This document shows positions 33,749-44,323 of a stretch of DNA of 64,000 nucleotides, in pieces. How positions within the stretch are numbered: position 1 is the first letter of the stretch; each line of letters starts with the position of its first letter. The DNA comes from an uncultured Acidimicrobiaceae bacterium (GTDB lineage: Bacteria > Actinomycetota > Acidimicrobiia > Acidimicrobiales > Bog-793). Location: contig CAVSHA010000011.1 of the NCBI GenBank assembly GCA_963727645.1, positions 64,233-128,232 on the forward strand. The letters run 5' to 3'. The position numbers and the translations under genes are program-made. A model generated the notes under the pieces. It made no database searches. It saw only the letters and a program-made list of their open reading frames with translations, and was not told the DNA's origin.

Positions 33749-36688
33749 ATGCACGTGGTGGCGCGCGACCTACTTCTCGACGGCCACTCCCTTGCGTACC
33801 GGGCTTGGTTCGCCCTGCAGGAGGCGCAGCTGTCCACGGCTTCCGGCCAGGAGACCCAGGCCGTCTACGGCTTCGTCTCGATGCTTGCCAAGCTGCTCGA
33901 GGACCAGTCGCCCACCGGGATGGCGGTGGCGTTCGACCGGCGCGAACCGACGTTCCGCGACGGTCTCGCAGCGACCTACAAGGCGGGTCGGCCAGCGACC
34001 CCGGAGCCCCTTGTAGAGCAGATCGAGCTCATACGCAGGCTGGTCGAGACACTCGGAGTCCCCGCGGTCGATGCCGAGGGATACGAGGCCGACGACGTGA
34101 TCGCGACGCTCGCCACGAGTCTGTCGGCCGAGGGCCACGAGGTCGTGATCGTGACCGGTGACCGGGACGCGTACCAGCTCGTGTGCGATCCGCTCGTGAA
34201 GGTGCTGTACAACCGCCGTGGCGTCACCGACTACGTGCTCTACGACGAGGCAGGGATCGAAGCCAGGACTGGCGTGCGTCCGGGGCTGTACCCGTTCCTG
34301 GCTTCGTTGCGCGGCGATCCCTCCGACAACCTTCCCGGTGTCCCAGGGGTGGGGGACAAGACCGCAGCCAAGCTCGTCAACGCCTACGGCGACGTCGACA
34401 CGCTCTACGCGCACTTGGAGGAACAGGCGCCGAAGCTCAGGTGCTCCCTTGCCGAGCACGAGGCGCAGGTGCGACTCAACCTGCTGATGACGCCGCTGGT
34501 TCGCGACGTGCCCCTCACGTGTGCGACCGACGACCTCCTCCTCGGTCGGTCCAACCGCGAAGAGATGCGCAGCCTGTTCGACCTCCTCGAGATCCGAGGG
34601 CCCCGCGATCGGATCTTCCGGCAGCTCGATCGCCTGGAGTCGCTGGCCAGGCCTTCGTCGTCCGTCGCCACGGAGGGCCCCGGCAGCTCCGGCGCCCGCG
34701 CCGCGCCCGCTCGGGAAGGAGCCTCGAGGCCTGTCCGGATCTTGCCGCTCGAAGAGATCGAGGACGCCCGAGCATGGCTCACATCGCTGGCGGTGTCATC
34801 CGGCCCTATCGCCATCGAGGCCGTGTGGGCGGGGGCGGCAGGCCGCTCCGCCGTCGAGGGGCTCGCTCTTGCCGCGCTCGAGGGCCCAAGGGGGCCCGGC
34901 GACGGCGGGGGCGGGCCGGAGGATCCACGTGCGCCCGAGGACGGGCCGCTTGTCGTGGGCTGGCTGGATGGCAGGCAGATCGCCGAGCCTCCCATCGTCG
35001 AGGCTCTCCAGGCCGTCCTGGGCGCGACGGGGGACGGCACTCGGCGCATTGTCGCCCACCGCGCGAAGGAGGTCATGCGCGCGCTGGAGCCGCTGGGAGT
35101 TCGTTTCACAGGCCTCGATCTCGATACCGCGGTCGCCGCCTACCTTTTAGACGCCCGCGAAGGCCAAGCCTCGCTGTCGGGGCTGGCAGGTCTCGTTCCA
35201 ACGCTCGGCACCGGGGCCGGTCCCGGCCAACGCGGGACTGTCTCCGAGCAGCTCGGGTTCGACCTTGGCGATCAGGGCACGCCTGATGACCGCCTGCGGG
35301 AAGCCGATGCAACACCTCTGCACGCGACGAAGGCGGCTGCGCAGGTGGCCATGCTCGGACGGCTCGCCCCCGCGATCCGCCTGGCTTTGGAGGAGACCGG
35401 GGCGACTCGCCTCTACGAGGATGTCGAGCGTCCCCTCGTTCGCGTGCTCGCGAAGATGGAGCTTCAGGGGATCGCGGTCGACATCGACAAGCTGCGAGCC
35501 ATCGGTGAGGAGCTGACCGGGGAGGCACGAAGGCTGGAGGCCGAGGTCCAGCAGCTGGCCGGCGAGGATTTCAACGTCAACTCGACCCTCCAACTGCGGC
35601 GCATCCTGTTCGACAAGCTCCAGCTCGTTCCACACAAGCGCACGAAGACCGGGTACTCCACCGACGCTCAGAGCCTGCTGCGCCTGCGTGACGCCCACCC
35701 CCTCGTCGACACCCTGCTCAGATACCGAGAGGTCGAGAAACTGCGCTCCACCTACGGAGAGGGCCTGCTCGCTGAGGTCGCCCCCGACGGGCGCATCCAC
35801 GCCTCGTTCAACCAGACCGTCGCCCGGACGGGCCGGCTTTCGTCAGATCGGCCGAACCTGCACAACATCCCGGTGCGCAGCCTCATTGGGCGCCGCTTCC
35901 GCGAAGCCTTCGTGCCGGGCGCCGGCTGCCGGCTGTTGGTCGCGGACTACGACCAGATCGAGTTGCGCGTCATCGCACATCTGGCCGACGACCCCGGCCT
36001 GGTCGAGGCCTTCGGCTCCGGACTCGACATCCACAACACGACAGCGGCGAGGGTCTATGGAGTCGAACCCGGCGAGGTGACCCTGGCGATGCGCTCGAAG
36101 GCGAAGATGATCTCCTACGGCCTCGCGTACGGGATGGAGGCGTACGGGCTTTCCCAGCGTCTTGGTGTCGGGGTCGAGGAGGCCGCCACGATCCTTGCGC
36201 AGTATTTCGCCGCGTTCCCGAACGTGAAGCAGTACATGGAGCGCTCGGTGGCCGAAGCCCGGGGCCGCGGGTACACCGAGACCCTCCTCGGTCGGCGTCG
36301 CTATCTGCCCGAGCTCGACTCGGGCAATTTCCGCGTCCGCCAGGCGGCCGAGCGCCAGGCGATGAACGCCGGCATCCAGGGCCTGGCCGCGGACATCTTC
36401 AAGGTCGCGCTGGTGCGCCTCGACCAGGCGCTGGAAGAGCGCGGGCTCTCCAGCCGGATCGTGCTCCAGGTCCATGACGAGATCCTCGTCGAGGCGGTCG
36501 CGGGCGAGGAAGACGAGGCTCTTGAACTGACAGTCGAGACCATGGAGCATGCCTTTGAGCTCCGGGTTCCGATGGCAGTTCACGTGGCAGTCGGAGAGAG
36601 CTGGGCGGTCGGCAAGGAGCCGGTGGTGGACGCGGGCGCCGACTTCGAGATGCCCGATGAACTCGGACAGGGCGAGCCGGCCGTGTGA
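33749..36688 (+). CDS. polA: DNA polymerase I
   Basis: 5'-nuclease motifs (LLLDGHSLAYRAWFAL, AVYGF, VTGDRDAYQL, DNLPGVPGVGDKTAAKL). Family A polymerase motifs (DYDQIELRVIAHLADD, RSKAKMISYGLAYG, LQVHDEILVE). Confidence 0.95.
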   Translation: MHVVARDLLLDGHSLAYRAWFALQEAQLSTASGQETQAVYGFVSMLAKLLEDQSPTGMAVAFDRREPTFRDGLAATYKAGRPATPEPLVEQIELIRRLVETLGVPAVDAEGYEADDVIATLATSLSAEGHEVVIVTGDRDAYQLVCDPLVKVLYNRRGVTDYVLYDEAGIEARTGVRPGLYPFLASLRGDPSDNLPGVPGVGDKTAAKLVNAYGDVDTLYAHLEEQAPKLRCSLAEHEAQVRLNLLMTPLVRDVPLTCATDDLLLGRSNREEMRSLFDLLEIRGPRDRIFRQLDRLESLARPSSSVATEGPGSSGARAAPAREGASRPVRILPLEEIEDARAWLTSLAVSSGPIAIEAVWAGAAGRSAVEGLALAALEGPRGPGDGGGGPEDPRAPEDGPLVVGWLDGRQIAEPPIVEALQAVLGATGDGTRRIVAHRAKEVMRALEPLGVRFTGLDLDTAVAAYLLDAREGQASLSGLAGLVPTLGTGAGPGQRGTVSEQLGFDLGDQGTPDDRLREADATPLHATKAAAQVAMLGRLAPAIRLALEETGATRLYEDVERPLVRVLAKMELQGIAVDIDKLRAIGEELTGEARRLEAEVQQLAGEDFNVNSTLQLRRILFDKLQLVPHKRTKTGYSTDAQSLLRLRDAHPLVDTLLRYREVEKLRSTYGEGLLAEVAPDGRIHASFNQTVARTGRLSSDRPNLHNIPVRSLIGRRFREAFVPGAGCRLLVADYDQIELRVIAHLADDPGLVEAFGSGLDIHNTTAARVYGVEPGEVTLAMRSKAKMISYGLAYGMEAYGLSQRLGVGVEEAATILAQYFAAFPNVKQYMERSVAEARGRGYTETLLGRRRYLPELDSGNFRVRQAAERQAMNAGIQGLAADIFKVALVRLDQALEERGLSSRIVLQVHDEILVEAVAGEEDEALELTVETMEHAFELRVPMAVHVAVGESWAVGKEPVVDAGADFEMPDELGQGEPAV

Positions 36689-36871
36689 CATTGTGGGTTC
36701 GGCCCAGGCGACGGGTAACATTGTTGCGCGACCATTACGGCGGCAACCAAGTCATGGTCGGCAGCGCACTAGCCAGCGCAGAGTTCTGAGTCCAATCCCA
36801 ATCGTCAGTGGCGGCCGAGCGCGGACCGTCGCTGTTAATGACCCGTCCGAAAAGAGAGCGACCTACCTCCG

Positions 36872-38440
36872 ATGTCCGACACCACGAGCACCACTGCAGC
36901 CGATTTCTCCGCAGACCAAGAGCGTCATGGCACCTTCGACGCCGACGGGGTCTACGTTCCCCGCAAGATCGTCGAGGACGATCTCGGCGACCTGTCCTTC
37001 GAGGACGCCATCGACCAGACAATCGTCGCCTTCGAAGATGGGGACGTTGTCACGGGCAAAGTGGTGAAGGTCGACAAGGACGAGGTGCTCCTCGACATCG
37101 GCTTCAAGTCCGAGGGGGTGATCCCCGCCCGTGAGCTCTCGATCCGCCATGACCTCGATCCTCACGACGTCGTTTCGGTGGGAGAGGAGATCGAAGCGCT
37201 CGTTCTCCAGAAGGAGGACAAGGAAGGTCGCCTGATCCTCTCGAAGAAGCGTGCCCAGTACGAGCACGCGTGGGGCACGATCGAAAGGGTCAAGGAGTCC
37301 GGTGGCGTCGTGAAGGGCCTCGTCATCGAGGTCGTCAAGGGCGGGCTCATAGTCGACATCGGTCTGCGCGGGTTCCTCCCGGCATCCCTCGTCGAGCTTC
37401 GCCGTGTGCGCGATCTCCAGCCTTACATAGGCAAGTCACTCGAGGCCAAGATCATCGAGCTCGACAAGAACCGCAACAACGTCGTGCTGTCGAGGCGTGC
37501 GTGGCTGGAGGAGACCCAGCGCGAGCAGCGCGGCGAGTTCCTGGTGAACCTGAAGCCGGGGGAGGTTCGCAAGGGCGTCGTGTCGTCGGTAGTGAACTTC
37601 GGTGCATTCGTGGACCTCGGGGGCATGGACGGGCTCGTGCACGTGTCGGAGCTCTCCTGGAAGCACGTCGACCACCCTTCATCTGTTGTCGCGGTGGGCG
37701 ACGAGGTGAATGTCCAGGTTCTCGACGTCGACCTGGACAAGGAAAGGATCAGCCTTTCGCTGAAGGCAACCCAGGTCGACCCCTGGCAGGAGTTCGCCAC
37801 GAACCACCGGATCGGCGAGCTCGTCTACGGCAGGATCACAAAGCTCGTGCCCTTCGGTGCTTTCGTCCAGGTGGGCGACGGGATCGAGGGCCTTGTGCAT
37901 ATCTCGGAGATGGCGGCGCACCACGTCGACCTGCCCGAGCAGGTCGTAACGCCCGGTGAAGAGCTTTGGGTGAAGATCATCGACATCGACCTTCAGCGCC
38001 GCAGGATCAGCCTTTCGATCAAGCAGGCCGCCGAAGGCGGGGAAGTCGCCGAGGAGTACCGAGAGGCCTTTGGCGAGCACGCTTACGACGCGGAGGGCAA
38101 CTACATCGGTTACGACTATTCGGCTACCGACTTCACCCCGGAAACCGAGAGCCAGGCTGCATGGGCCGACCTGCTGGCGGCCAACGAGGCCGCAAGCGCC
38201 ACAGCGTCTGAGCAAGGTCTCGGCGTACCGGTCCTCGAGAACCCGGTCGCGGGCTTGCAGGGCGCCGGCGACGCGATCGAGGAGGAGCAGGTCGCAGAGA
38301 GCACTGCCGAAGCACTGGTTGAGGGCGGGGACTTGCCGGGACTGACACCCGACTCGTTGCCGGAGCAGACGGCCGAGCCCGAGGCAATCGCCGAACCCGA
38401 GGTTTCTGCGGCCCCGTCCGGCGAGGCACCCACGGACTAA
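36872..38440 (+). CDS. rpsA: 30S ribosomal protein S1
   Basis: Four S1 domains (GDVVTGKVVKVDKDEVLLDIG, VVKGLVIEVVKGGLIVDIGLRGFLPAS, VRKGVVSSVVNFGAFVDLGGMDGLVHVSELS, LVYGRITKLVPFGAFVQVGDGIEGLVHISEM) plus an acidic C-terminal tail. Confidence 0.95.
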   Translation: MSDTTSTTAADFSADQERHGTFDADGVYVPRKIVEDDLGDLSFEDAIDQTIVAFEDGDVVTGKVVKVDKDEVLLDIGFKSEGVIPARELSIRHDLDPHDVVSVGEEIEALVLQKEDKEGRLILSKKRAQYEHAWGTIERVKESGGVVKGLVIEVVKGGLIVDIGLRGFLPASLVELRRVRDLQPYIGKSLEAKIIELDKNRNNVVLSRRAWLEETQREQRGEFLVNLKPGEVRKGVVSSVVNFGAFVDLGGMDGLVHVSELSWKHVDHPSSVVAVGDEVNVQVLDVDLDKERISLSLKATQVDPWQEFATNHRIGELVYGRITKLVPFGAFVQVGDGIEGLVHISEMAAHHVDLPEQVVTPGEELWVKIIDIDLQRRRISLSIKQAAEGGEVAEEYREAFGEHAYDAEGNYIGYDYSATDFTPETESQAAWADLLAANEAASATASEQGLGVPVLENPVAGLQGAGDAIEEEQVAESTAEALVEGGDLPGLTPDSLPEQTAEPEAIAEPEVSAAPSGEAPTD

Positions 38441-38559
38441 GGCGTCCCGCGCCGTTGGGTCCGGACGCGAAAGCCGGGCTCCGCGGGGCGTCTCGAAGGC
38501 TCACTCGGAGCCTCCTGGCAGCCGGTTGAGCATGGAAGGGCGCGGCTACCATTCGGTCG

Positions 38560-40257
38560 ATGCACCCGGTGAACGCGCCGGTGCGGTCACCTGGGGTGCC
38601 GGCGCCGCCTTCAGACAGGACTGGGACGTGCGGCAGTCCTCCGGGTACAACTCCCTCGCAGACATTTGTCGCCGTCGCGGTTGGGGCCGTGCTGGTCTTC
38701 ACGGTGGTATTGCGTTTCTGGACGCCGTCGCCGATGTGGCTCGACGAGGCACTCACCGTCAACATCGCCAGAGCGCCGCTGCACCTGATCCCGCACCTGC
38801 TTCGTGACGACGGGGCACCGCCTTTGTACTACGTGCTCCTCCACTTCTGGATGAAGGTGTTCGGCACGAGCGACCTCGGTGCGCGCTCGCTGTCGGGGGT
38901 CATCGGAGTCATCACGCTGCCTGTGGCGTGGGTCGCGGGCTACAGGGTCGGCTCACAAGCCTGGAGGGAGGCCGTTGCCACCGATCCTGGAGCCGTGCAG
39001 GCCGAGGCGGCGAACGGTGCCCCTGAGCGCGCGACACGTGAACGGGCCGGTCGGCTCGTGGCATGGACGACGGCGCTGCTCGTGGCCACTTCGCCGTTCG
39101 CGGTCTACTACGACACCGAGGCCCGCATGTACTCGCTGGTCATCTTGCTGACGACCTTGGGCGTTCTGGCCTTCATAGCAGTCCTTCGCAGGCCCACGAT
39201 CGCAAGTGGGCTGGGTCTGGGCACGGTGGCCTGCGGCCTGGAGTACAGCCACTACTGGGCGTTCTTCCTTGTGGCTGTCGCCGCTGTCGGCACCGCCTTG
39301 TACGCGAGGTCCGGCTCCCACGCGCACAGCTGCCGTGTTGCACTGGTCGCGTTGGCGGCCGGAACCTGCGCTTTCGGGCCATGGGTCCCGACTTTTCTCT
39401 TCCAGTTGCACCACACCGGCACGCCTTGGGCGACGCCGGCGGACTTCACGGCGCTCGTCTACACCTTCACGCAGTTCGCCGGTGGCGACTCTGACGCGGG
39501 CCGGGCACTCGCCCTGGTGCTCGCGTTCCTGGCGCTGCTGGCGCTCTTGGGCAGCGCTTTGGACGGGCGGCGCGTCGTGCTCGATCTGAGGACGCGCCCG
39601 GGAGTCCGCGCTCTCGGGTTGCTGTCGGGCGGGACGCTCCTGATGGCGGTGATCGCGGGCAAGCTTGCGGGGAGCACGTTCGCGGACCGCTACTCCGCCG
39701 TCATCTTGATGCCGTGCCTGTTGGTCGTTGCGTACGGCGTGACGACCTTGGCGGACCGGCGGGTGCGCCAAGGGGTTGTCACCCTCGCGGTCGCGCTCGG
39801 TCTGGCGGCGTCGATCCCAAATGCCTTCCTCACAAGGACCCAGGCCGCGCAGGTTGCGTCCGCGGTCCTGGCCCGCGCTGATCGCAGTGATGTGGTGGCC
39901 TACTGCCCCGATCAGCTCGGCCCAGCTGTGAGCCGCAAACTGGGCGACCGCTTTGACGAGGTGGCCTTCCCGCGCGCGAACCGCCCGGAGATCGTGGACT
40001 GGGTCGACTACGCGACGACCGTCGAGCACGCCAGGCCGAGCACGTTCGTGAAGCTTCTCGTGTCGCGAGCCGGACCGGAGAACGCGATCTGGTACGTCTG
40101 GGCTCCGGGCTACCTCAACTTCGGGGGCGACTGCCAAGTGATCGCCAACGACCTCGCCGCGAAAAGGCCCCGACAGGAGGTCGTGGGCGAAAGGGCCTCC
40201 GACACGCCCTTTGAGATCTTCGAGGGCGAGAGCCTCTATCGTTATGCGCCGTCGTGA
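38560..40257 (+). CDS. polytopic membrane glycosyltransferase (GT39/PMT_2-like, GT-C fold)
   Basis: Multiple TM helices. The early loop motif MWLDEALTVNIA...DGAPPLYYVLLHFW has the DE motif typical of ArnT/PMT-type GT-C enzymes. Confidence 0.65.
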   Translation: MHPVNAPVRSPGVPAPPSDRTGTCGSPPGTTPSQTFVAVAVGAVLVFTVVLRFWTPSPMWLDEALTVNIARAPLHLIPHLLRDDGAPPLYYVLLHFWMKVFGTSDLGARSLSGVIGVITLPVAWVAGYRVGSQAWREAVATDPGAVQAEAANGAPERATRERAGRLVAWTTALLVATSPFAVYYDTEARMYSLVILLTTLGVLAFIAVLRRPTIASGLGLGTVACGLEYSHYWAFFLVAVAAVGTALYARSGSHAHSCRVALVALAAGTCAFGPWVPTFLFQLHHTGTPWATPADFTALVYTFTQFAGGDSDAGRALALVLAFLALLALLGSALDGRRVVLDLRTRPGVRALGLLSGGTLLMAVIAGKLAGSTFADRYSAVILMPCLLVVAYGVTTLADRRVRQGVVTLAVALGLAASIPNAFLTRTQAAQVASAVLARADRSDVVAYCPDQLGPAVSRKLGDRFDEVAFPRANRPEIVDWVDYATTVEHARPSTFVKLLVSRAGPENAIWYVWAPGYLNFGGDCQVIANDLAAKRPRQEVVGERASDTPFEIFEGESLYRYAPS

Positions 40258-41405
40258 GCGACAGGACCGTTAGCCGCCGCACTGTCGCAGAGCAGTTGGC
40301 GGTCGCGTCGCCCGCGCTGCAAGCTTCTGTTTTCCCGTTCCTCGCGTCGAGAGCGATTGTGCTGGTTGCGCTCGTTGCCGCGCGGTTCTCCGCGAGCACC
40401 TTCAAGTTGGGCGCCGCCGCACGTGCTGCCAGCCACGCCGGCCTGCTCGGCTGGGATGCCGCCTGGTACGAGAGGATCGCTGCCCATGGATACGCGGGTC
40501 GCGGGAACGCGGCGCTGCGCTTCTTCCCGTTGCTGCCGATCTTGGCGAGGTCGTTCCGGGCGGTGCCCGGGATGACGGCGGGGATGTCGGTGATCGTCGT
40601 CGCGAATGTCGCGTCGTTGGCGGCCTTGGTCGTGCTCTACCGCCTTGTGATATTGGAGATCGGCGACGAGGCGTGTGCGCGCCGGGCCGTGTGGCTGCTC
40701 GCCCTCGCGCCGCCGGCCTTCGTGCTCGTGATCGGCTACGCGGAGTCACTGCTGCTCGTGACCTCACTGGTGGCCTTCCTGGGCCTGCGACAGCGCCGAT
40801 ACGGCCTTGCGATCAGTGCCGGGTTCGCGGCGGGGCTGTGCCGGCCCGTCGGGATGCTACTGGTTATCCCGGCAGCCATCGAGGTGGCCGCGAGCTGGCG
40901 CTCGGTGCAGGGTCGCGAAAGAGTCCTCGGCGTCGGCGCAGTTCTCGCGGCCCCGGCCGGCACGGCTGCGTATCTCGGCTGGGCTCAGGAGGTTGTCGGG
41001 AGCTTCCTGCTCCCAATGCGCGAGCAGTTCTCCCGATCGCGCCGAGGCACGATCGCCGACCCGTTGGTGACCTTTGCGCGCGACGCACGTGATCTGGTGC
41101 ACGGCGCTCATCTCGGTACCGCGGAGCACACGTTCTGGGCGGTGCTGCTGCTGGCACTCGCGGTGTTCATCGTCTGGAGGCTCCCGGCCGCCTATGGCTG
41201 GTACACAGTGGCGGTGCTCGCCGTGGTGTTGACGGCCTCAAACCTCGCTTCCCTCGAGCGGTACGGACTCGGCTGCTTCCCGTTCTTCATCGCAGCCGCG
41301 ATGCTCACCAAAGCGCGCAAGAGCTACGCAGCGGTGATCGGCCTCTCGGGCTCGATGCTTTTCGCCTATGCGATGCTGGCTTTTCTCGGCAAGTATGTTC
41401 CTTGA
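40254..41405 (+). CDS. integral membrane protein, PIG-V/mannosyltransferase-like (GT-C)
   Basis: About 9 TM helices. The loop motif GWDAAWYERIAAHGY followed by FFPLLP is characteristic of PIG-V-type mannosyltransferases. The start overlaps the upstream stop. Confidence 0.55.
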   Translation: MSDRTVSRRTVAEQLAVASPALQASVFPFLASRAIVLVALVAARFSASTFKLGAAARAASHAGLLGWDAAWYERIAAHGYAGRGNAALRFFPLLPILARSFRAVPGMTAGMSVIVVANVASLAALVVLYRLVILEIGDEACARRAVWLLALAPPAFVLVIGYAESLLLVTSLVAFLGLRQRRYGLAISAGFAAGLCRPVGMLLVIPAAIEVAASWRSVQGRERVLGVGAVLAAPAGTAAYLGWAQEVVGSFLLPMREQFSRSRRGTIADPLVTFARDARDLVHGAHLGTAEHTFWAVLLLALAVFIVWRLPAAYGWYTVAVLAVVLTASNLASLERYGLGCFPFFIAAAMLTKARKSYAAVIGLSGSMLFAYAMLAFLGKYVP

Positions 41406-41469
41406 CGCGCGCCGTGGTACGAGCACACGCGGGCTGGTCCGGACTGCTCCGTGCGATGATGGCACGACC

Positions 41470-43044
41470 ATGACCAAGCCGGACGAGTCGAGCGCGGGCG
41501 CGTCCCGCCGAGACGGCGGCCCGCCCGGTCAAGTCGTCGTGGTCGGTGCCGGTCCGGCGGGCTTGACCGCCGCGTACCAGCTGGCCAAACGGGGCGCGAC
41601 CTGCACGGTCTTGGAGATGGACACCGTAGTGGGCGGGATCTCCCGCACCGTAGAGCGGGAGGGATGGAGGTTCGACATCGGGGGGCATCGTTTCTTCACC
41701 AAGGTGCCGGAGGTCGAGAGCCTGTGGGATGAGATCCTTGGGCCGGAGGACTTCCTGGCGAGGCGCAGGCTGAGCCGGATCTACTACGAGGGGACCTACT
41801 ACGACTACCCGATGCGTCTCGGCAATGCTCTGCGGGGTCTCGGGGTGGTCGAGTCGATTCGGTGCTTTCTCTCGTTTCTGTGGGTGCGGGCGCATCCTCC
41901 CAGGGACCTCGACACCTTCGAAGGCTGGACAGCCCGGGCTTTCGGCTGGCGCCTTTATCGGAAGTTCTTCAAGGCCTACACCGAGAAGGTGTGGGGGATA
42001 CCGGCGGAGGAGATCAAGGCGGACTGGGCCGCCCAGAGGATCAAGAGCCTGACGCTCGGGAACCTGGTCAGAAATGCGCTCGTGCCGAACCGCAACAAGG
42101 CCCGCATCACTTCGCTCATCGAGGAGTTCCATTACCCGCGCCTCGGCCCGGGGATGATGTGGGAGCGCGTTCGCGAGCTCGTGGAGGAGCAGGGCTCCAA
42201 GGTGGTGTTGGGCGCCCGGCTCGAGTCGATCCGGCGTTCGGGCGGCCGAGCGTTGACGGTGGTGACACGATCGGTTGCGACCGAGCCAGCCGACGACGGC
42301 GTGCCGGCGGGCGGGCAGGCCGCGACCGCAAGCTGGCCCTTTGACCACCTGATCTCCTCGATGCCGCTCTCCGAGCTTGTTCAGGCGATGGATCCGCCCG
42401 CACCTGAGGAGGTTCGCCAAGCGGCCCGGGCCCTGCGTTACCGCGACTTCCTCACCGTCGCGTTGGTATTGCCGGAAGATCGCGGGTTTCCGGACAATTG
42501 GATATACGTGCACTCTGAGAAGGTGCGTGTGGGGCGCGTCCAGAACTTCGGCTCGTGGTCACCTGATCTCGTCAAACAAGGCAGGACCTGTCTCGGGCTC
42601 GAGTACTTCGTCTTCGAGGGCGACGATCTCTGGTCGGCGACAGACGAGGAGCTCGTGGCCCTCGGCACCTGCGAGCTGGAGACGCTCGGCCTTGTGCAAC
42701 CCGGCGATGTCGAGAAGGGTTTCGTGGTCAGGATGCCAAAGGCGTATCCCGTCTATGACGCGGGCTACCACTTGAAGGTGCAGGCGATCCGGGAGTGGCT
42801 GGAAGCCGAAACGCCCAATGTGCATCCGGTCGGCCGCAACGGCATGCATCGCTACAACAACCAGGACCACTCGATGCTGACCGCCATGCTGACGGTCGAG
42901 GGCCTCTACGGAGAGCGTTACGACACTTGGGCTGTGAACGTGGAGTCGGACTACCACGAGCAACAGGTCGGGAGGCAGTCCGGGGGGTTGCCGTCGGGTG
43001 GCACCGGTGCCGGTCGAGCCGTGCCAATGCCGGTCGGGTCGTGA
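41470..43044 (+). CDS. FAD/NAD(P)-binding oxidoreductase (amine-oxidase/UGM-like)
   Basis: Dinucleotide-binding VVVVGAGPAGLTAAYQLAKRG...LEMDTVVGG, then RFDIGGHRFF. ATG at 41470. Confidence 0.75.
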   Translation: MTKPDESSAGASRRDGGPPGQVVVVGAGPAGLTAAYQLAKRGATCTVLEMDTVVGGISRTVEREGWRFDIGGHRFFTKVPEVESLWDEILGPEDFLARRRLSRIYYEGTYYDYPMRLGNALRGLGVVESIRCFLSFLWVRAHPPRDLDTFEGWTARAFGWRLYRKFFKAYTEKVWGIPAEEIKADWAAQRIKSLTLGNLVRNALVPNRNKARITSLIEEFHYPRLGPGMMWERVRELVEEQGSKVVLGARLESIRRSGGRALTVVTRSVATEPADDGVPAGGQAATASWPFDHLISSMPLSELVQAMDPPAPEEVRQAARALRYRDFLTVALVLPEDRGFPDNWIYVHSEKVRVGRVQNFGSWSPDLVKQGRTCLGLEYFVFEGDDLWSATDEELVALGTCELETLGLVQPGDVEKGFVVRMPKAYPVYDAGYHLKVQAIREWLEAETPNVHPVGRNGMHRYNNQDHSMLTAMLTVEGLYGERYDTWAVNVESDYHEQQVGRQSGGLPSGGTGAGRAVPMPVGS

Positions 43045-43054
43045 GCCGCGACCG

Positions 43055-44323
43055 ATGAGAGGGCGTATCCCGGGCTCACCGGCCAGGCCTGAGCTCCAGC
43101 CGGAGGCTGCGAGCGCGGCGATGCCCGGCGCCGGGCCGGACGTGCCAAGTGCGTCCGGTGCCCCCGCGGCCGCCGAGCTTGCCGAGGTTGCTGGACAAGC
43201 CGGGCTGCGACACGTGGCCATACTCGCCTGGCGGGACATCGATGACGCGGAGGCGGGCGGGTCCGAGCTGCATGCGCACGAAGTTGCCAGCCGATGGGCT
43301 GCCGCGGGGATCGACGTCGTCGTGAGGACGTCTTCGGTCGCCGGCCGAGCAGTTCTGGTCGAACGCGCGGGTTATCGGGTCCTGCGCCGCTCCGGTCGTT
43401 ACGCCGTGTTCTTGACAGGGCCTATGGATCTCGCGCGGAGCCGTCTTGGCCCGCTCGACGGGTTGGTGGAGGTCTGGAATGGGATGCCCTGGCTGAGCCC
43501 CCTGTGGTCACGGCTGCCCAGGGTTGTATTCCTTCACCACGTTCATGGCGAGATGTGGCCGATGACGCTGCCCTCGCCGCTGGCCGAGGCGGGCAACCTG
43601 CTCGAGTCGCGCCTCGCCCCACCCTTCTACCGCCGGTCGCGGATCGTTACCCTTTCCGAGTCGTCCCGGCGCGAGATCGTGGCTCTGCCCGGTGTGCACG
43701 CGAGTCGTGTGAGCGTCGTGCCCCCGGGGATAAGCCCGTGTTACTCGCCGGGCGGCAAGCGCGCGGACCGGCCGCTCGTGGTCGCAGTCGGGCGCCTCGT
43801 GCCCGTCAAGAACTTCCCCAGGTTGATAGAGATCCTGGCCCGGGTGCACGAGAAGGTCCCCGATCTGGAGACGGTTATCGTCGGTGAGGGGATGGAGCGG
43901 TCAAGCCTTCAGGCAAGGCTCAGAGATCTCGGTGCGGAACGTTATGTCTCGCTCCCCGGCCGGGTGGGCTCCGACGAGCTCGTGGACCTGTACCGCCGGG
44001 CGTGGGTGGTCGCTTCCACGTCGGTGCGGGAAGGCTGGGGCATGACCGTCAGCGAGGCCGCGGCATGCGGGACACCGGCGGTCGCCACGCGGATCCCCGG
44101 GCACATAGATGTGATCGACCATGGGATCAGCGGGATGCTGGCCGACCGGGACGACGAGTTCGAACTCCAGCTAGAGATCTTGCTGGGCGATCCCTTGCTC
44201 CGTCGCCGTCTCGGCCGCGCGGCCGCGGCACGAGTCGCCCCGCTCACCTGGGAGGCGACGGCGCGTGGAACCCTGGCGGCCCTTGCGGCCGACGCGCGGA
44301 ACCGGTCCGCGCGGCTCAGCTAG
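43055..44323 (+). CDS. glycosyltransferase family 4 (GT-B)
   Basis: C-terminal GT1/GT4 motifs (VGRLVPVKNF, S.REGWGMTVSEAAACGTPAVATRIPGH.DVI..G.SG.L). The ATG at 43055 lies just after the upstream stop. Confidence 0.8.
   Translation: MRGRIPGSPARPELQPEAASAAMPGAGPDVPSASGAPAAAELAEVAGQAGLRHVAILAWRDIDDAEAGGSELHAHEVASRWAAAGIDVVVRTSSVAGRAVLVERAGYRVLRRSGRYAVFLTGPMDLARSRLGPLDGLVEVWNGMPWLSPLWSRLPRVVFLHHVHGEMWPMTLPSPLAEAGNLLESRLAPPFYRRSRIVTLSESSRREIVALPGVHASRVSVVPPGISPCYSPGGKRADRPLVVAVGRLVPVKNFPRLIEILARVHEKVPDLETVIVGEGMERSSLQARLRDLGAERYVSLPGRVGSDELVDLYRRAWVVASTSVREGWGMTVSEAAACGTPAVATRIPGHIDVIDHGISGMLADRDDEFELQLEILLGDPLLRRRLGRAAAARVAPLTWEATARGTLAALAADARNRSARLS

Noticed and set aside
33167-33754. 195-aa minus-strand ORF and similar shadow ORFs across pdtaR, polA, rpsA, uvrA, uvrB, uvrC, gap and pgk
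   Set aside because: All are antisense to housekeeping genes that have unambiguous motifs, so they are high-GC artefacts.
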